Below the pieces are notes generated by a model. The model was not told where the DNA came from and did no database searches. It was given only the letters and a program-made list of their open reading frames with translations. From positions 186,001-250,000 of the forward strand of contig CT867985.1 of NCBI GenBank assembly GCA_000165425.1: a DNA stretch of 64,000 nucleotides, in the 5' to 3' direction. Of this stretch, positions 1 through 13,902 are shown in pieces; the stretch's first letter is position 1, and each line of letters begins with the position of its first letter. The position numbers and the translations under genes are program-made. The DNA is from Paramecium tetraurelia (taxonomy: Eukaryota).

Positions 1-3000
1 GGATACTAGAACAAATTAAATAACTAATCCAAACAATAATAAGAAAATGAGTATTCCTTCTCAAGACTTAATTGTGGTAAAACCTATAAAAAGTGATTTA
101 TAAAATTAAGATGGTAAGCACCAAATTTTACTTCATTGAGATTTTTCCAACAATCACAAAAATTGATTCTTCTCTACATCTTCAAAGTCTTTTCTATATT
201 CTTCTACAAAATCCCAAATGATTAATTTTTACCTTCCACTTTACCCCAACCTGCATATTTATTTCTTTTAAAAGGTAAATCAGATACAACTTTAAATTTA
301 TCTTTTACTGGAATAGTATTCACTTTATACAACAAATTTTTTAAGTGAATATTGTCACTTCTAAATTTTAATATTCCTATGTTTCCAAATTACTTAACCC
401 TTTCATAGATAGGAGCCATAAACTATTTAATTTTATTTTCTTCATTTAATTCACAATCCGTAACATCTATATCTTTTAATTCTACACAAATATGAAAAAA
501 GAAGTATTTGCTTAGAAAATACCATCCTATTTCATTTAAGGATCTATTTTATGAGAAATTGATCTCCTTCAAAGGATGCTGATAATTTAAACCCTATCTT
601 TTAAAAAATTAGAATGCACAATTAGCAATCAACTTTGCAATATGATTCTTAATATCCATTCCATTTAAAAACAGATGAGTTAACATAGGTGTATATTCAC
701 TAAAGAAAAACGTCTTACATAAAGACTCCCAAGTTTCTACTGATCCAAAGGTATCATTATAAGAAAAATTTAAACATTTAAATTCAAATACCTTCTATTT
801 CTGATACTATAACCATTCTTTGCTAGTTTCAATCAAGTTTTAAATCATTTAGTTTGATAAATTAAGTTACACTAATTCAAGCCTCTCTAATTTGATATAC
901 TGAAAAAATATCAAATAGCGACTTAATTCTTGGAATGCTTCTTCGTCAATATTTTGAGATTTGCTTAAAGTGAAGCGCGTTAAAGATAGAGGCTTTCCAA
1001 CATTTTCACAATATTCTTCTGCTTAGTTTATTAATTTAAAGATTTATGTTACTGTAATATTGCATTACACTAAAATAAATTCTTTTAATTTAGATTCTTC
1101 GTTATAAATTAAATACTTCGATATATACAATAGGAAATCATTTGAGATCTTTTTGTGAGAGCTTAATTCAAATTAAGCATTAATTTCAAGTCTAATCAAA
1201 TTTTTAAAATTATCACTTAGATGTTTATTGTTGAACTTTTGCAATCCTTTAAATGATTTATATTCAAGTTATTACCATTAAAATATCTTATTACTCAAGA
1301 AATTTTATATAATTTTATCCTATTCATCCTCACCTATTTCTTCCATTTTAGTTATTAATTTACAATTTAATGCAATTGATTCTGCATTATTAAACCATGC
1401 CATGGTTTCTTTTATATTTTAGATTCTTAGACTTGAAAATTTAATTTCTTATAAGGTTGTCGAATTTTAAGAAATATATTCTAATAATTTGGGAGTTAAA
1501 TCTACAACTGTTTTAAGTTTAAGCACATTTAACTTAGGTATACTATTAATTAAATCAACATTATCAAATAATAAGCTACCACTTTAAGGGCATTCGATTT
1601 CAAAATGTTGTAACTTTTAACTCTCTAACAGATATTTAGAAAATGATTGAAGGAATTGGAATGAATCTTTGTTCTCGATCTTGAAAATTAATTTTTATAT
1701 TAATGAAGTCCAATCGCCAAGATTTTGCTTAACAAATCTGTCATCATCTTTAAATTATATGGATTCTGAAATCTTTAATTATTTTATTGGAAGCTTTTGC
1801 CCAAAGATTATGTCCTTTAGGAATTGATTGGATTAATTTTAATTAAGGTATTCATCTACCCTTATGAGATGTAATTTAGTTATTTTTAATTTTCCTTCAA
1901 ATTTATCTAAAAAGTTGAGTAATCCCTCTATAAATCCACTTTGAGCATCAGCAATTTTTAAAGATACTAAATTATTAATAAATAATGAATAAAAGGATTA
2001 TGTATTTAAGGAATCATTAAATTTAATAGAAGAGAGAGAAATTTTTTTAATGCTTGTGAATGCTTATTTTTTATCTTTAATTTGAAGATCTGATTGTATA
2101 AGAATCTTTTCAGAAATACTTGTAAATAAATCTAGATCTACATCGCTTATTTTTAAATTATTAATCTTGCTTTTTGGATAATAAACTAAACCAGCCAACA
2201 TTCTATAATAATAATTAGTTTTCTCTTTTTCATTTTCAAATTCAGTAAAGAATTTTAAAGCCATCTCTTAGACTCTTGGAGGAGGTGATTATATAAATTT
2301 TTCAGGTGCCAATTATATTTTATCTTGTAAATTTAACTGGTTTTATTCGATGAAACCATGTAATCTCTGTTCTTATTATTAAAAATCAGTATGTTATACT
2401 AAGATTTTTGTCTTTTTCTATTGCTAAAATTCTTTCGACATTATCAATTGATAAAACTACATATAAACAATATATTACTTTCCTCCATAAAGTACTTTTT
2501 ATTTAATTATTATCAGAAAAATCAATACATTTTAAAAACTTTTTTGATATTTGCTCTTATTCAATGCAAGTTGATATTAAATCTATTAACCCTTAAAAAA
2601 ATTCATCATTTAAAGAACAGTTTGATAAAACTAATTATTCTAATTGACACCTTAAGTCCTTTTCTTCTATCTGTTCCTAATTAAAGCAAACATACTCTAA
2701 AAATTGTAAAAATGCTTTGATATTTTTTTATAATTTCAATTTTTTCATTATTAAAACAGTTAATTATGATTTAATGAGTTATTAAGAATCTTTCAGCCCT
2801 GCAACTAATTTGTCCAAAGTTTTCTCAAAACCTTTACATTAGATGATTGATAATTATTCTAAATCACAATGAGGATCAAGAAAAAAGAATTATAATACTT
2901 CACTAGAGAAATTACATTCAATAAATGATAATTTAGTTATGAAATAAAATAATTATTTTCCTTGCTCTTCCTATTACTGACGCTATAAAAAATATTTGCT

Positions 3001-5229
3001 GAGAGATTTTGATAAATCCTCATTGATATCAACTTTTTTGAAATTTACTTCCTCTAGTTTTGGAGAAGCTAAAATAATTTTTAATGGTAAATCGAATTTC
3101 TTAAATTTATGATAAAGACATAGTTTCTTTAATGAGTCAAATTAAAATGATAAATCCATATCATATTCGAACTCGCTTATCTACAGATATTACAAATCCA
3201 GAAACTAATTGAAAATGCAATACTCAGAAAATATTTTAATTGCTTTATTATTTATATCAGTATTGTCCTTAAATTTTACAGTTTACAAATCAAAATTGTC
3301 ATCTTTGACAGGTGATACATAATGCTCATGAGAGAGTTAATCATAAGTTAAACTTAAGTTAGCAAGACTGATCTAGTTTAATTTCACTTAACTATTAGTG
3401 ATAAAGCATTTTAAAAACAATGATATATTCATTTATAATCCAACAATTTGAAGATCTAGCTTTTTTAAAGTAAAGAATTTTATATCAGATTAATTTTCTA
3501 AAAATTTACTCTGCAAAAGGATTTAGTCAAAGTATATCGTATCATTAAAGTTGTCTTCTTTAAATTATAATGTTTCCAAATCAAATGTCCTTTATGCCAA
3601 AAACACTTAAAGTATTTTCTCTGTTAATTTATCAGTTACAAAAGTATTCTTAATGATAAGGTTCTTCAAACTAAAAGTTCTATATACATCCAATGAATTT
3701 AAATATTATTAAAATGTAAAGCAATTTGAGTCTAATTCAAAGCTGCGTGAACTAAAACATAATGTTTAAATTGAAATAAATTCTTTTTCTTAAGTAAAAA
3801 ACAAATTATTCCATAATTATTTTAATACCTCCTCTCCTAATTGTTGATTTTACTTTTTTATAGTTATTGATTGTAAGTTTAATTATTAAGCTGTTCTGTA
3901 TTACTTTTTACAGTTTTAGATTGCATTAATGTAACTTTAACAGATCCCATCAGTTAATGAATTGATTACTAAACTCTTAACATTGCTAAAAGGATTAAAA
4001 ACCACAAATTTTAATAAATCTTCTAGTAAATCATATTACTATATAATTTCGATTGTGCTCAAATCGATAGATTCCAAATTCAACCTTTCTCCTTATTTAA
4101 TTCTATTTCTAAAAGCTTAAGCAAAATGGTACAATTTAGCTAAAAGTGATTCGCTATTTTAAAAGGTATTTTCAAAGGCAAAATACTTACAAGACTTAGA
4201 TATAATTTCATCTAAGAGAATCTGTAATGCAGATTCATCAATTTAGGAATTATTTGATAAATCAAGTTCCAATAGTCTTAGATAAGAATAACGATTACCA
4301 ATTAATGCTTTGCAATTAGATTGGGTTAATTAATTTAAGTTGTTTAATCCTAATTTTAAAAGTCCCTTAGCCTTTGCTAAGCTAACAAATAATGATTCTA
4401 TAAGTGTATTGGGACCAAGATAGTTATTGGAAATATTAAGTTCAGAGATAGTTTCTAAGGCTGATTCACTATAACAAGTAGATATCAAATATTCAAACCC
4501 TTAATAATTTTATTCATTAAAGCAGTTACTTAAATTAAAAGAGTGATATTTCATTCTTTTCAATTTCTTTTAGATGTATGAGTAATTCTTTTCGTCAAAT
4601 AATCTTTTATTGTATAAAATAATTGATTTGTATTAATGATTGATGCTTAAATTTAAAGTTAATTATTTTTCTAAGCAATCAGATAAGTTTTGTAAGTATT
4701 TACCTCTAAATATACCAGGATTATTTGATATAAGTAACTAAGTATATTGAGAGTACTTACATATTTTAAATTTAATTTGCTTTTAATTAATTCAAGAGTG
4801 AAGTCGTTGAGAGTATGATCATCAAGTTCATTATGATTAAATTCAATTTCTATCCCTTAAGGTTGTAGCCAAATAAGCAATTTCAATAAAAGCTAAAGAT
4901 GTTCTAAACCTAACTTTGATTTAGTAAATTTCATTTTTTTCAACTGATCACAAAATCTTAATTGTTTTTCAATATAAATCCAATATTCAATTTTAAAGTT
5001 CCCTTGAAAGTTGACAAATCGTAAATTTCCATTCCACTGTTTATTTTCGAGAAGAATCTTCATTATATATAAATTTTACATCAAACTATTTCATTTACTT
5101 TTACAACTAAGTATCTGGATCAAACTTAAACATTCTTTTAATTTCTAGTTAAGCAACCTATTAAACATGTCTTTTAGATGATCTTTCCTAATCGACGGTT
5201 TTCTTGAGAGTATTAATATATTCTTCCAT
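1..5229 (-). CDS. Giant leucine-rich-repeat (RNI-like) protein, 3' end beyond window
   Basis: ATG at 5229 (MEEYINTLKKTVDQERS), likely 20-nt intron near 5059-5078. Long code-6 frame with LRR-type motifs such as LRLLELDLSNNSQIDESALQILL. Still open at base 1. Not every codon was checked, so it could be two genes. Confidence 0.7.
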
Positions 5230-5415
5230 TAATAATTAAAAATATATTTATTATGTAATGTTTATTTAAAGAGAACAACTGAGATTTCATGAATACTAAT
5301 TAATTCTTATGATACTAATGATGAATATTTACTGCAAATTAAAAAAATGAATTTGGATTAATCTCGGCCATCTATATGCATTTATTTATTATATAAATAA
5401 ATTGCTGTTTTAATA

Positions 5416-7901
5416 ATGCAAAGAGATTTAGCTATATTTCCAAATACACCATAGCTATAAGGTCTATTTAATCCGACTCCCATTCATCCCATGACAGCTT
5501 TTGTCGCAAGATCATGTTATAAGTACAATCAACTACAAAGAAACAAATAATAAAGAATCGTTATATAACACATACCTTAAAAACTAAGACCGAATGAGAA
5601 GAGACACATTTCTTTACCTAGAGCCTTGTAGGCCATAAAGAAACAGCAATTTGAATGTATTCACTTTTGAATTAATAAGGTAGCATTGAGAAGATCATCT
5701 CATTAAAAGGATTAGTCCTATAGTTTAGTATTCTCTGAGTTTAAATAGGAGGAATTAATCCTATCAAATATAGATAAATTTTATAATATGTAGAATAAAT
5801 TACAAACAAGCAATGATGATTTAGTTGAAGAAAGGAAGGCAAATCTGAAAGAATTAAAAAGGTCAAATTCTAAGATGAAGAATGCTTTAGAGAATGATAA
5901 AACTAAGCTAATTTTATAAAACATATTAGGAGGAATGTAACAGAAGGTTAATGAAGTTGCACATGAGAATCATATGAGAATAATGGGGATGCAAATAAAG
6001 AAATTTAAATTGCAAGATCAATAGTCAATTAGAAATAAAGCATGGTCTCAAGAAAAGGAACGAGAATCCTCAAAATCTTTTGTTGAAAAGAGGGATTTTA
6101 ATACTCGTTCAGTTTAAAAGAAAAGATATCAATCCCCTTAGACTAAAATCAAAAATATATCATAATAAGCAATGAAGACAAATCAAAATTTCAGATTTTC
6201 ACTAACAGATTATTCTTCATTAAGCAGAGAATAATTGTTCTAAATGAAATTACTGAGTTATCACTATTTGATTTTTATAGTTGCTTCGCAAAGTAATTTT
6301 TATGTTTAACCATCTGAGGGTGTGATTGAATTAAAATTCAAAGTGGGAAAAGGAAATAATAGTTTATTAATAAAAGAATTGTTTAAATCTAGATGGTGGT
6401 GGAATCTAAATCAAGAGGCTGAATATAAGGAATTAAATTTTATATGGACGTAGATTAAGGTTCCACAATTTATGAATCTATAAGAATGGAGTAAAGATCC
6501 TTCCATTAATAGATTAAAATCCCTATCTTCAACATTTGCAGATTTAAAAAGATAAAAAAAACAGAAATCCCCAAAAAGTAATAAATAAATTCAAAAGTTT
6601 GGAACATTCGATGATCCAATAAAAAAATTGATTGTAGAATAGGATGTTAATGAACTGAAATCAATGGATAAGTCCATCTAAAGTTTTATTAAGTATGCTG
6701 AAAAGAAGGAGTTAAAAATAATTGAGAATGTAAATAAAGTAATCTATCATTTAACTATTTAGATTCACAATCATATTGAGAGAAATTATCATCTGGGTAA
6801 TAAGAAAGCCATGTTCCATAATATGAAGAAGTATTATGAATTAACAAAACAGGAGTTATCTCTTCATTTACCTATGACTTTCCATGTTTCTGGAACCAAA
6901 GATAAGTAATATCAATAGTTTATGGAATATTATAAATAGAAGTATTTTAGATCTATTTATAAGGAAGGGAAACAATATTTGGATAGTGAAGCCAGGAGAA
7001 TTTACTAATAGAGGAAATGGAATTATTGTTTGTTAATCCTTAGCTGAAATTCATAAAATTGTAAGCAAAAAGTAGGTTCATCCCAATGGCAAACCATTTA
7101 CTTATTTGATACAAAAATATATTGAAAAACCCTTTCTGTATAACAAACGCAAATTTGACATACGGTGTTACTTTTTGATAACTCAGTTAAATAGCATCAT
7201 CAGAGCCTACTGGTATGAGGAAGGCTATATAAGAACTTCGAGTGAAGAATTTGATATCAAAGATGTGAGTAATTAGTATGTGCATTTAACTAATGATGCT
7301 ATTCAAAAATATAGTGAGGCTTATGGAAAATACGAAAATGGGAACAAGTTGTCTTTTGCAGAATTCTAAAGATATCTTGATAAATGGCATAGTAATGATC
7401 ATCTGAATTTCTATAAGGATTTATACCCAGAATTGAAGATAATCACTTTGAATGCCATTAAGTCTGTATACCATAAGATTGAGCCTTACAAAAGAAACTA
7501 CAATTTTGAAATTTTTGGATTAGATTTCATGATTGATGAGAAATTCTAACCATATTTAATTGAAATCAATACAAACCCTTGTTTAGAACTCAGTTCTCCC
7601 TTGTTGGGTAGAATTATTCCTGCTATGGTTGAAAATGCCTTCAGGTATTTGAATATTTAATCTGTAATTTAGGTTATCTATAGATACATTGATTCCTCCA
7701 CCAGAGTAATCTACTTGGCCACCGAACAAGAAACATTTATTATTTTACGATAACATGTTGGAAAACAATAGATTCTAATTGATTTTCGACGAAAGAGAAG
7801 ATGCCTAAGAATTAAATGTGTTATATAGCAATTAATTAAATGATGATCAAACAGATGAAATGGATGAAGAAGAGGAAGAATATCAATCTGATGCTGATTG
7901 A
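5416..7901 (+). CDS. Tubulin-tyrosine ligase-like (TTLL) family protein
   Basis: Motifs IWIVKPGEFTNRGNGI, IQKYIEKPFLYNKRKFDIR, YEEGYIRTSS, HLTNDAIQK and FEIFGLDFMIDE..LIEINTNP. Short introns and an acidic tail ending in TGA. Confidence 0.92.
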
Positions 7902-8048
7902 AATAAACTTAATGTTATACTCATCTACCATCTTCTTTTTATAGAAATATTATAATCACTAAAATCAAAATGATTGTTTCAATTAAAATTAATCAATTGT
8001 CTATAGAATTAATTGCATTAATTAATGAAATTAAGAATTTGTTTATAT

Positions 8049-9764
8049 TCACATTATACTACAAGTGCATGCAGCTTTGGTATCCCTTCTGGATTCCAAG
8101 TTCTGTAATTGTGAAGGTTCCTTTTTATCTGTGTCATCAAAATAAAACACTTTCTTTTCATAATATCTCTGTTATTATTAAATTGTACCTTAAATTACTT
8201 GCTGAGTATATTAGAGATGGTTTTGATATCTATTTTGTCTATCCTATTAAAGTAATTTCATTGAGTTTGAATGAAATTGCTTAAATTTAAAATGTTTACG
8301 AAGCCTTGCCTCCCAAGATAATGAGTGCTTTTTGTTTGAAAACATCATCCACCATTTTTGTCACTGAGGCATTGTAAAAATGACTATAAACCTTCTCGGT
8401 TGCAACTATATTTTGGTACTTTATAGTAAGAGTATCAACAATCGAAAATTTTCCAAAATTCAAACTCAAATTGGCTTAATCTGTCATTGAAAACTAATCA
8501 AATCTATTATAATCATTTTACTAGTTTGGCTCTAGCGATATGTTCTAGAATCAATTTTAAACTAACATATTCACAAGTTTAATTAGCTTCTATCAACTCT
8601 TGATCTACTTCTCTTTCGTATTCTAATAAAGGATTTCCACCCATTATAAAAATATATTTTTGATCAACTGATCTATGTTCAGCATCTACTTTCTCCTTTT
8701 CTCCATTATCCTTATCTTACCATATCAGTCCTTTGTCCTTTATCAAATCAAAAACTATAGGATTCATTCTAGATTTCGTCATTGTGATTATTAACACAGG
8801 TGTTAGTGTAACTTCTCTCCTTTTTATTTCAAATACTTTGATTGTTTTCAATGGTTTCTTCTCTCCTCTCTGTAAATGATGTCCTCCAATTACGAATAAC
8901 ACGCTTTTCCATTAATATTCATGTTCACATTCAATCAAATACAATAATGGATCTTATCTAGGCTTATCCTCATTCAGATTTAATGAAACTAAAGGTTTAT
9001 CTTTATTATCATTTATTAACATATCTGAACTGTATATATGAACTTTCCCTTATTTATTATCGTAGATATAGAATCTTCCTGTTGTTTTCTCTTGAACTAT
9101 GGACAGAGATGGCCTCTATCCACTAAAATCTTATAACTTTAAATGCTTCTCCCATTAAGTATTGTTGCCTAAATGTTGACTAATTAAAAGGAGATTCTTA
9201 GGAGCTATGAAACACAGTTTAGAAATCTGATTTTTGTATAGTCTAACATATTGTTTCTTGGTTGAAACAATCTCTTTTACTACAGATGTTCCACTGGCCT
9301 TTTATTCCCTTTCTTTCCTTTTAATTCGAGCTAGAAGTATTATAGCTAAAAAATTGTATACTTTTGTCTAGATGTTTGGCATCCTCATAGGAAATGCCCT
9401 CATTCTTAAAAATTGTCTTGTAATTATAAATTAAATTGAATGAGACAATTTCAGGTATTTTCGTTAACAATTAAACTTCTTGAAAAAAATTAGGTTTATC
9501 CTCCTAAGTTTCTTCTACAATTTATTCCTTCACTTATGATGCTTGAAGTAACACAGGAATATAAAATGCTCTTAGTTATTCGCATAAATATCATACTAAT
9601 TTCCTTTTAATATATTATCTATAGTGAGACTAGAATCATCTGCAGACCTTTGAATCATCTTACTTTCATGCTTTTGTTACTAGGTACCATATATATTCCT
9701 ACATGTTTATAATTCAATACCTATTCAAATTTATCATATCATTGATGTCGATACTATCACTCAT
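8049..9764 (-). CDS. Hypothetical Kelch-like protein with C-terminal CaaX box
   Basis: Start MSDSIDINDM with a 22-nt first intron. VFVIGG and YIFIMGG Kelch-type segments. Ends RRDTKAACTCSIM-TGA. Confidence 0.65.
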
Positions 9765-9992
9765 TTTAATTAATTTTTCACTTTATATACAAAAAAATCA
9801 TAACTAATACTAAAGAACACAAGACAAGCTTATTGTGTCTATGGACCAAATGATTGATTGGATTTGTAATTGATATCTAAGAATTTTGATTAACATAAAA
9901 TCTTATAATTTTAGATTGTAAGTAAGTTATAAATTTCAATTAAAATAAAGGTATTAATTTAATTTATTGAATAAAATTGTGCTAATCAGTAT

Positions 9993-11681
9993 TCATTATT
10001 TTTATTCTTACTAATTTTACTATCTAGCCATTTCATTTCGTATTGCGTATTTGTGCAACGGATTTTAATTTAAACTAAAAGATTTAGATTGAGTCGAATT
10101 GCCTTTTGCATTTCCTTCATTAGATAAATTGTTTCCATCATTATTACTAAATCTCGAAGGCTTCTGCTATTGCTATTCATTTCTATTCAATTATCTCCCT
10201 TATGCGGATGGACTATTGAAACTGTTAATCAATGGCGAATCTTGTATAGATTATTTCAATACCTATTTAATCTGTTCGCCCATTTAATAAAGGACTTTGT
10301 TAATGCAGACTATCATTTGAATAATCCTTTCTTAATTTAGAAGAAGCTGCTATTAGAGGTGAATGTAATGGAGAATTATTTAATTACTTTAATCTCTATT
10401 TATCAAATCTCAATTGTTCTTCTTGATTTTTCAATGCATTATCCTCATTTTCCTCTATTTATTTTAATCTTCTTCCAAAATAGCCATGACTCAATGCTTC
10501 CTTAGCAGATATTCTTGTTTTTGGATTCTTATCAAGTAATTTCATTAGTAGATCATAGGCTTATTAAGGAACACTCTCAAAGATTGAGGCATCAAATGAT
10601 ATTTCACATTTTCTGTTTTTACCCAAAACGTCATTGTAGCTTTTACCAGGAAAGGCTGGCTTTCCAGTGAGTCTAAGATTCAAAACAATCAGCTTACAAA
10701 ATATAGAATATTAATCCTAAACTAAAAATATCACATATTGGATCATATCTTCCTCCATCTTTGCAATTAATCACTTCTGGAGCCACAAATCCTGGAGTAC
10801 CACATCTATTAAACAAATAAGGAAATTCATCAGAACGTTGAGCTAATCCAAAATCAGCAATACAAACAGATTATATAACACTTCAAATAAAATTATTAAA
10901 ATACCCCTATTTTCTAAATAAAATATTTTCTGGTTTTAAATCTCTATGCATTATATTTTTCGAATGCATATGATGAAGTCCTTCCAATAGACTAAAAACA
11001 AGCACTTCAATTTCAAATGCATTAAACTATGGTCTATTTTTCACTTTGTCATACAAGGATCCGCCTTCCAAAAGATCAAGTACCATATAAAGAGAATTAT
11101 CAGTCTCATACACTTCATGCAATTTTATCAGCGCATAACTATCAAGCTATCTCATTATTGCTATTTCATTTAATATTGAAAGCTAAGATAGTTTTTTTAT
11201 GTACCTTCCCTTTATCTTATCCATATGCTACTTCTTTGGAGAATGCTTTAATCGCAAAACTTCTTTCATCTTCCAAACGATCTGCCAAATATACTGAAGC
11301 AAAGTTGCCCTTCCCTATTTTGCGATGAGCCTTGAAGCTTTCATGAAACCCTCTTTAATTTATATGTTTGGCCAAATAATCTCTCCAATTCTTTAGCAAT
11401 TAAACATCATCTGAAAAAAGTGTTATTTTGTGTTAAACATTCTCTCTTTCAATCTACAACCCCAAAGGTTTCCCTACTTTGAATTTTTCCTCATTAGGTT
11501 CTCTCAATAAAGAAAACTTTGTGTCAAATGTTAATGAAATGAATTTCTTTTTATTTGCAACGATAATCTAATTAGAATATCCATGAAGCACTCTAGTTTT
11601 ACCTTTTTAAGTTTTAAATTCTCCAACTATTTGTGGAGGTTAGGATTAATTTTAAAGAGGCTCTGTTAATTTATAATTCAT
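9993..11681 (-). CDS. Ser/Thr protein kinase (CAMK-like) with N-terminal PH-like region
   Basis: IGKGNFASVY, FAIK, HRDLKPENIF, IADFGLA, CGTPGFVAPE and DIFSLG. Two short introns. Start codon somewhat uncertain. Confidence 0.92.
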
Positions 11682-12194
11682 TTAAAAAATAATCAATATT
11701 AAACCTACTGATTTTTAATTTCTTCCTCATTATTACAAACGTTTCAAACCTTAATATTGAGGATTTTCATATTTATAAATTTGATATATAAAATTAGATC
11801 TATAAAACAAGTTAATATCAATATAATCAATATTTTTTATAAAATAAATTTAGTAAACTTTAAGTATGCTTTGTGTCGTTTATTATTTTGATCATAAAAT
11901 TAGATACATCTGAAAGAGTATTAGATTTATTTAATATATTTTTGAAATAAATCATTTATCATAAAATGGAAAAATTATAAATCTCATTCTTATTAAGGTG
12001 ATAAAAATTATCTAATTAATAATTAATCTATAAATAAAAAAGCATTTCTAATAATCTTATTAATATTTTCTACACTATCATTTAGATTCTTTTCATTAAT
12101 TGTTTCATAATAAAATTCATATTTATTTAAGGTTCTCCTAGAAAATAACATTTGCTTTTAAAGTTTAAATGATTCAATATATTATTTTTATATT

Positions 12195-13869
12195 ATGTAA
12201 TAATAAGTACTAACAAAAGATAGGGAAAAAATTGAACTTTTCTTCTCCGCTAGAGGCCTAGCCAATAAGGATGTTCTCTCAGATAGTGACCCTTAATTAT
12301 ATGTCTATTTAACAGAAGGAAAACAAGGAGCTGAAAAATTAATAGCAAAAACAGAAGTTAAAAAAAACAACCTGAATCCTGATTGGAAAGTAAATACGTA
12401 TTTTTATTCCAAGGTATCTGTTGTTTTGGACTTTATCTTTGAAGTAAACCAATACCTTCGATTCTTAGTTGTGGATAGTGACGGAGACGATATTAAGGAT
12501 GACGACATAATTGGTACTTTAAATGTATGCTTAACTTTATAATTTTAGACTACTGTGGGGGAAATAATGGGATCGAGGAACTAAGTTTATATGGGCTAGC
12601 TTTCATATAAAAATAAATAAACAGGAAAGCTTCTGGTAAAAGCAGATAAAAGATAAGAAATAAAAGGATCAAATTAAGTTATTTATTGGCAATGGTATGG
12701 GAAGAAAATAAAAAATATGGATGGATGGTTTGGAGTATCAGACCCTTTTCTAAGATTCTTTAAATGGCATAAAAATTCAGATTGGTTGATGGTTCATGAA
12801 ACTGAATTTATAAAAGATAATGAAAGTCCAATTTGGAAAGGCTTTGAAATAACTCATGATAAATTACATGATGAGAATCCATAATAGCCAATTAAAATTG
12901 AACTTTGGGATAATGAAAAGGATGGAAAACATTAATTGATTGGATCTGTCGAAGTTACTATAGAGTAAATATTTTTCAAAGAGATTCATGAGTTTCAAGT
13001 TAAAACACCCAAAGGAGTAATTAATTTAATCAATTTAGGAATTTGGAGGAACTATTGGAATAAAATCCTTTTAAAAGCCATCATTTATTGATTATTTGAA
13101 AGGTGGAGAATAGATTAATCTTTAAATTGCCATTGATTTTACAGGATCAAATGGTAACCCTAATCATCAAAGCTCATTACATTATAATGTTCCAAATCAA
13201 TTAAATCAATATTAAAATGCATTGAGCCAAGTGGCAGAAATATTGCTGAATTATGACTTTGATAAAAAGGTTCCTGTATATGGTTTTGGTGGTATACCCT
13301 CCTTACCTAACTATCATAAGGGTTCAACAGATGATTGGTACTTTATATTTATATGTAGTTTCCCACTTAATGGTAATAAAAAAGATCCAGAAGTTTTAGG
13401 ACTTGTAGGAATTATGGATGCTTATAAGCATGCACTTAACCATGTTTCATTAAGCGGTCCAACAGTATTTGCTCCTGTTATAGAGAATGCAATAGAAATT
13501 GCGGAAAAGAATAAAAAAAAAGACATTTACAACGTTCTCTTAATTATGACAGATGGTTAAATTGATGATATGGATGAATGTGTTAAATTGGTTAAAAAAG
13601 CAGCAAAACTTCCATTATCAATTATCATAGTCGGAGTTGGTAGTGCTAATTTTTAGAAAATGGAGGATTTGGATGGAGATGGTCCATAATATTAAGATTG
13701 TTTAAGAGATGTTGTTTAATTTGTGCCATTTTTGAAATTCTCTGGAAAGCCAGGAGATTTGGCTAAAGAATTGCTCTCAGAATTACCTGATTAATTAATT
13801 TAGTATAAATAATTGATTGGAAAGGGTCCAAACCCTGCATAATAAATAGATTTAAGCAAATTAGCATGA
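12195..13869 (+). CDS. Copine (2x C2 + vWA)
   Basis: KIELFFSARGLANKDVLSDSDP, GVSDPFL, IAIDFTGSNG, YGFGG, LSGPTVFAP, LLIMTDG, LPLSIIIVGVG and RDVVQFVPF. Confidence 0.95.
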
Positions 13870-13902
13870 TAATTCTATGAGTATTAAAACACAAAACATT
13901 AA

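Noticed and set aside
1..60. Apparent TM helix (GILIFLLLFGLVI) on the minus strand
   Set aside because: That frame has a TGA immediately upstream, and the LRR frame is a different one.
2421..2684. Plus-strand ORF from the track (likewise 7970, 10099, 11029, 14840, 33826, 38067, 51410)
   Set aside because: These are antisense shadows of minus-strand code-6 genes.
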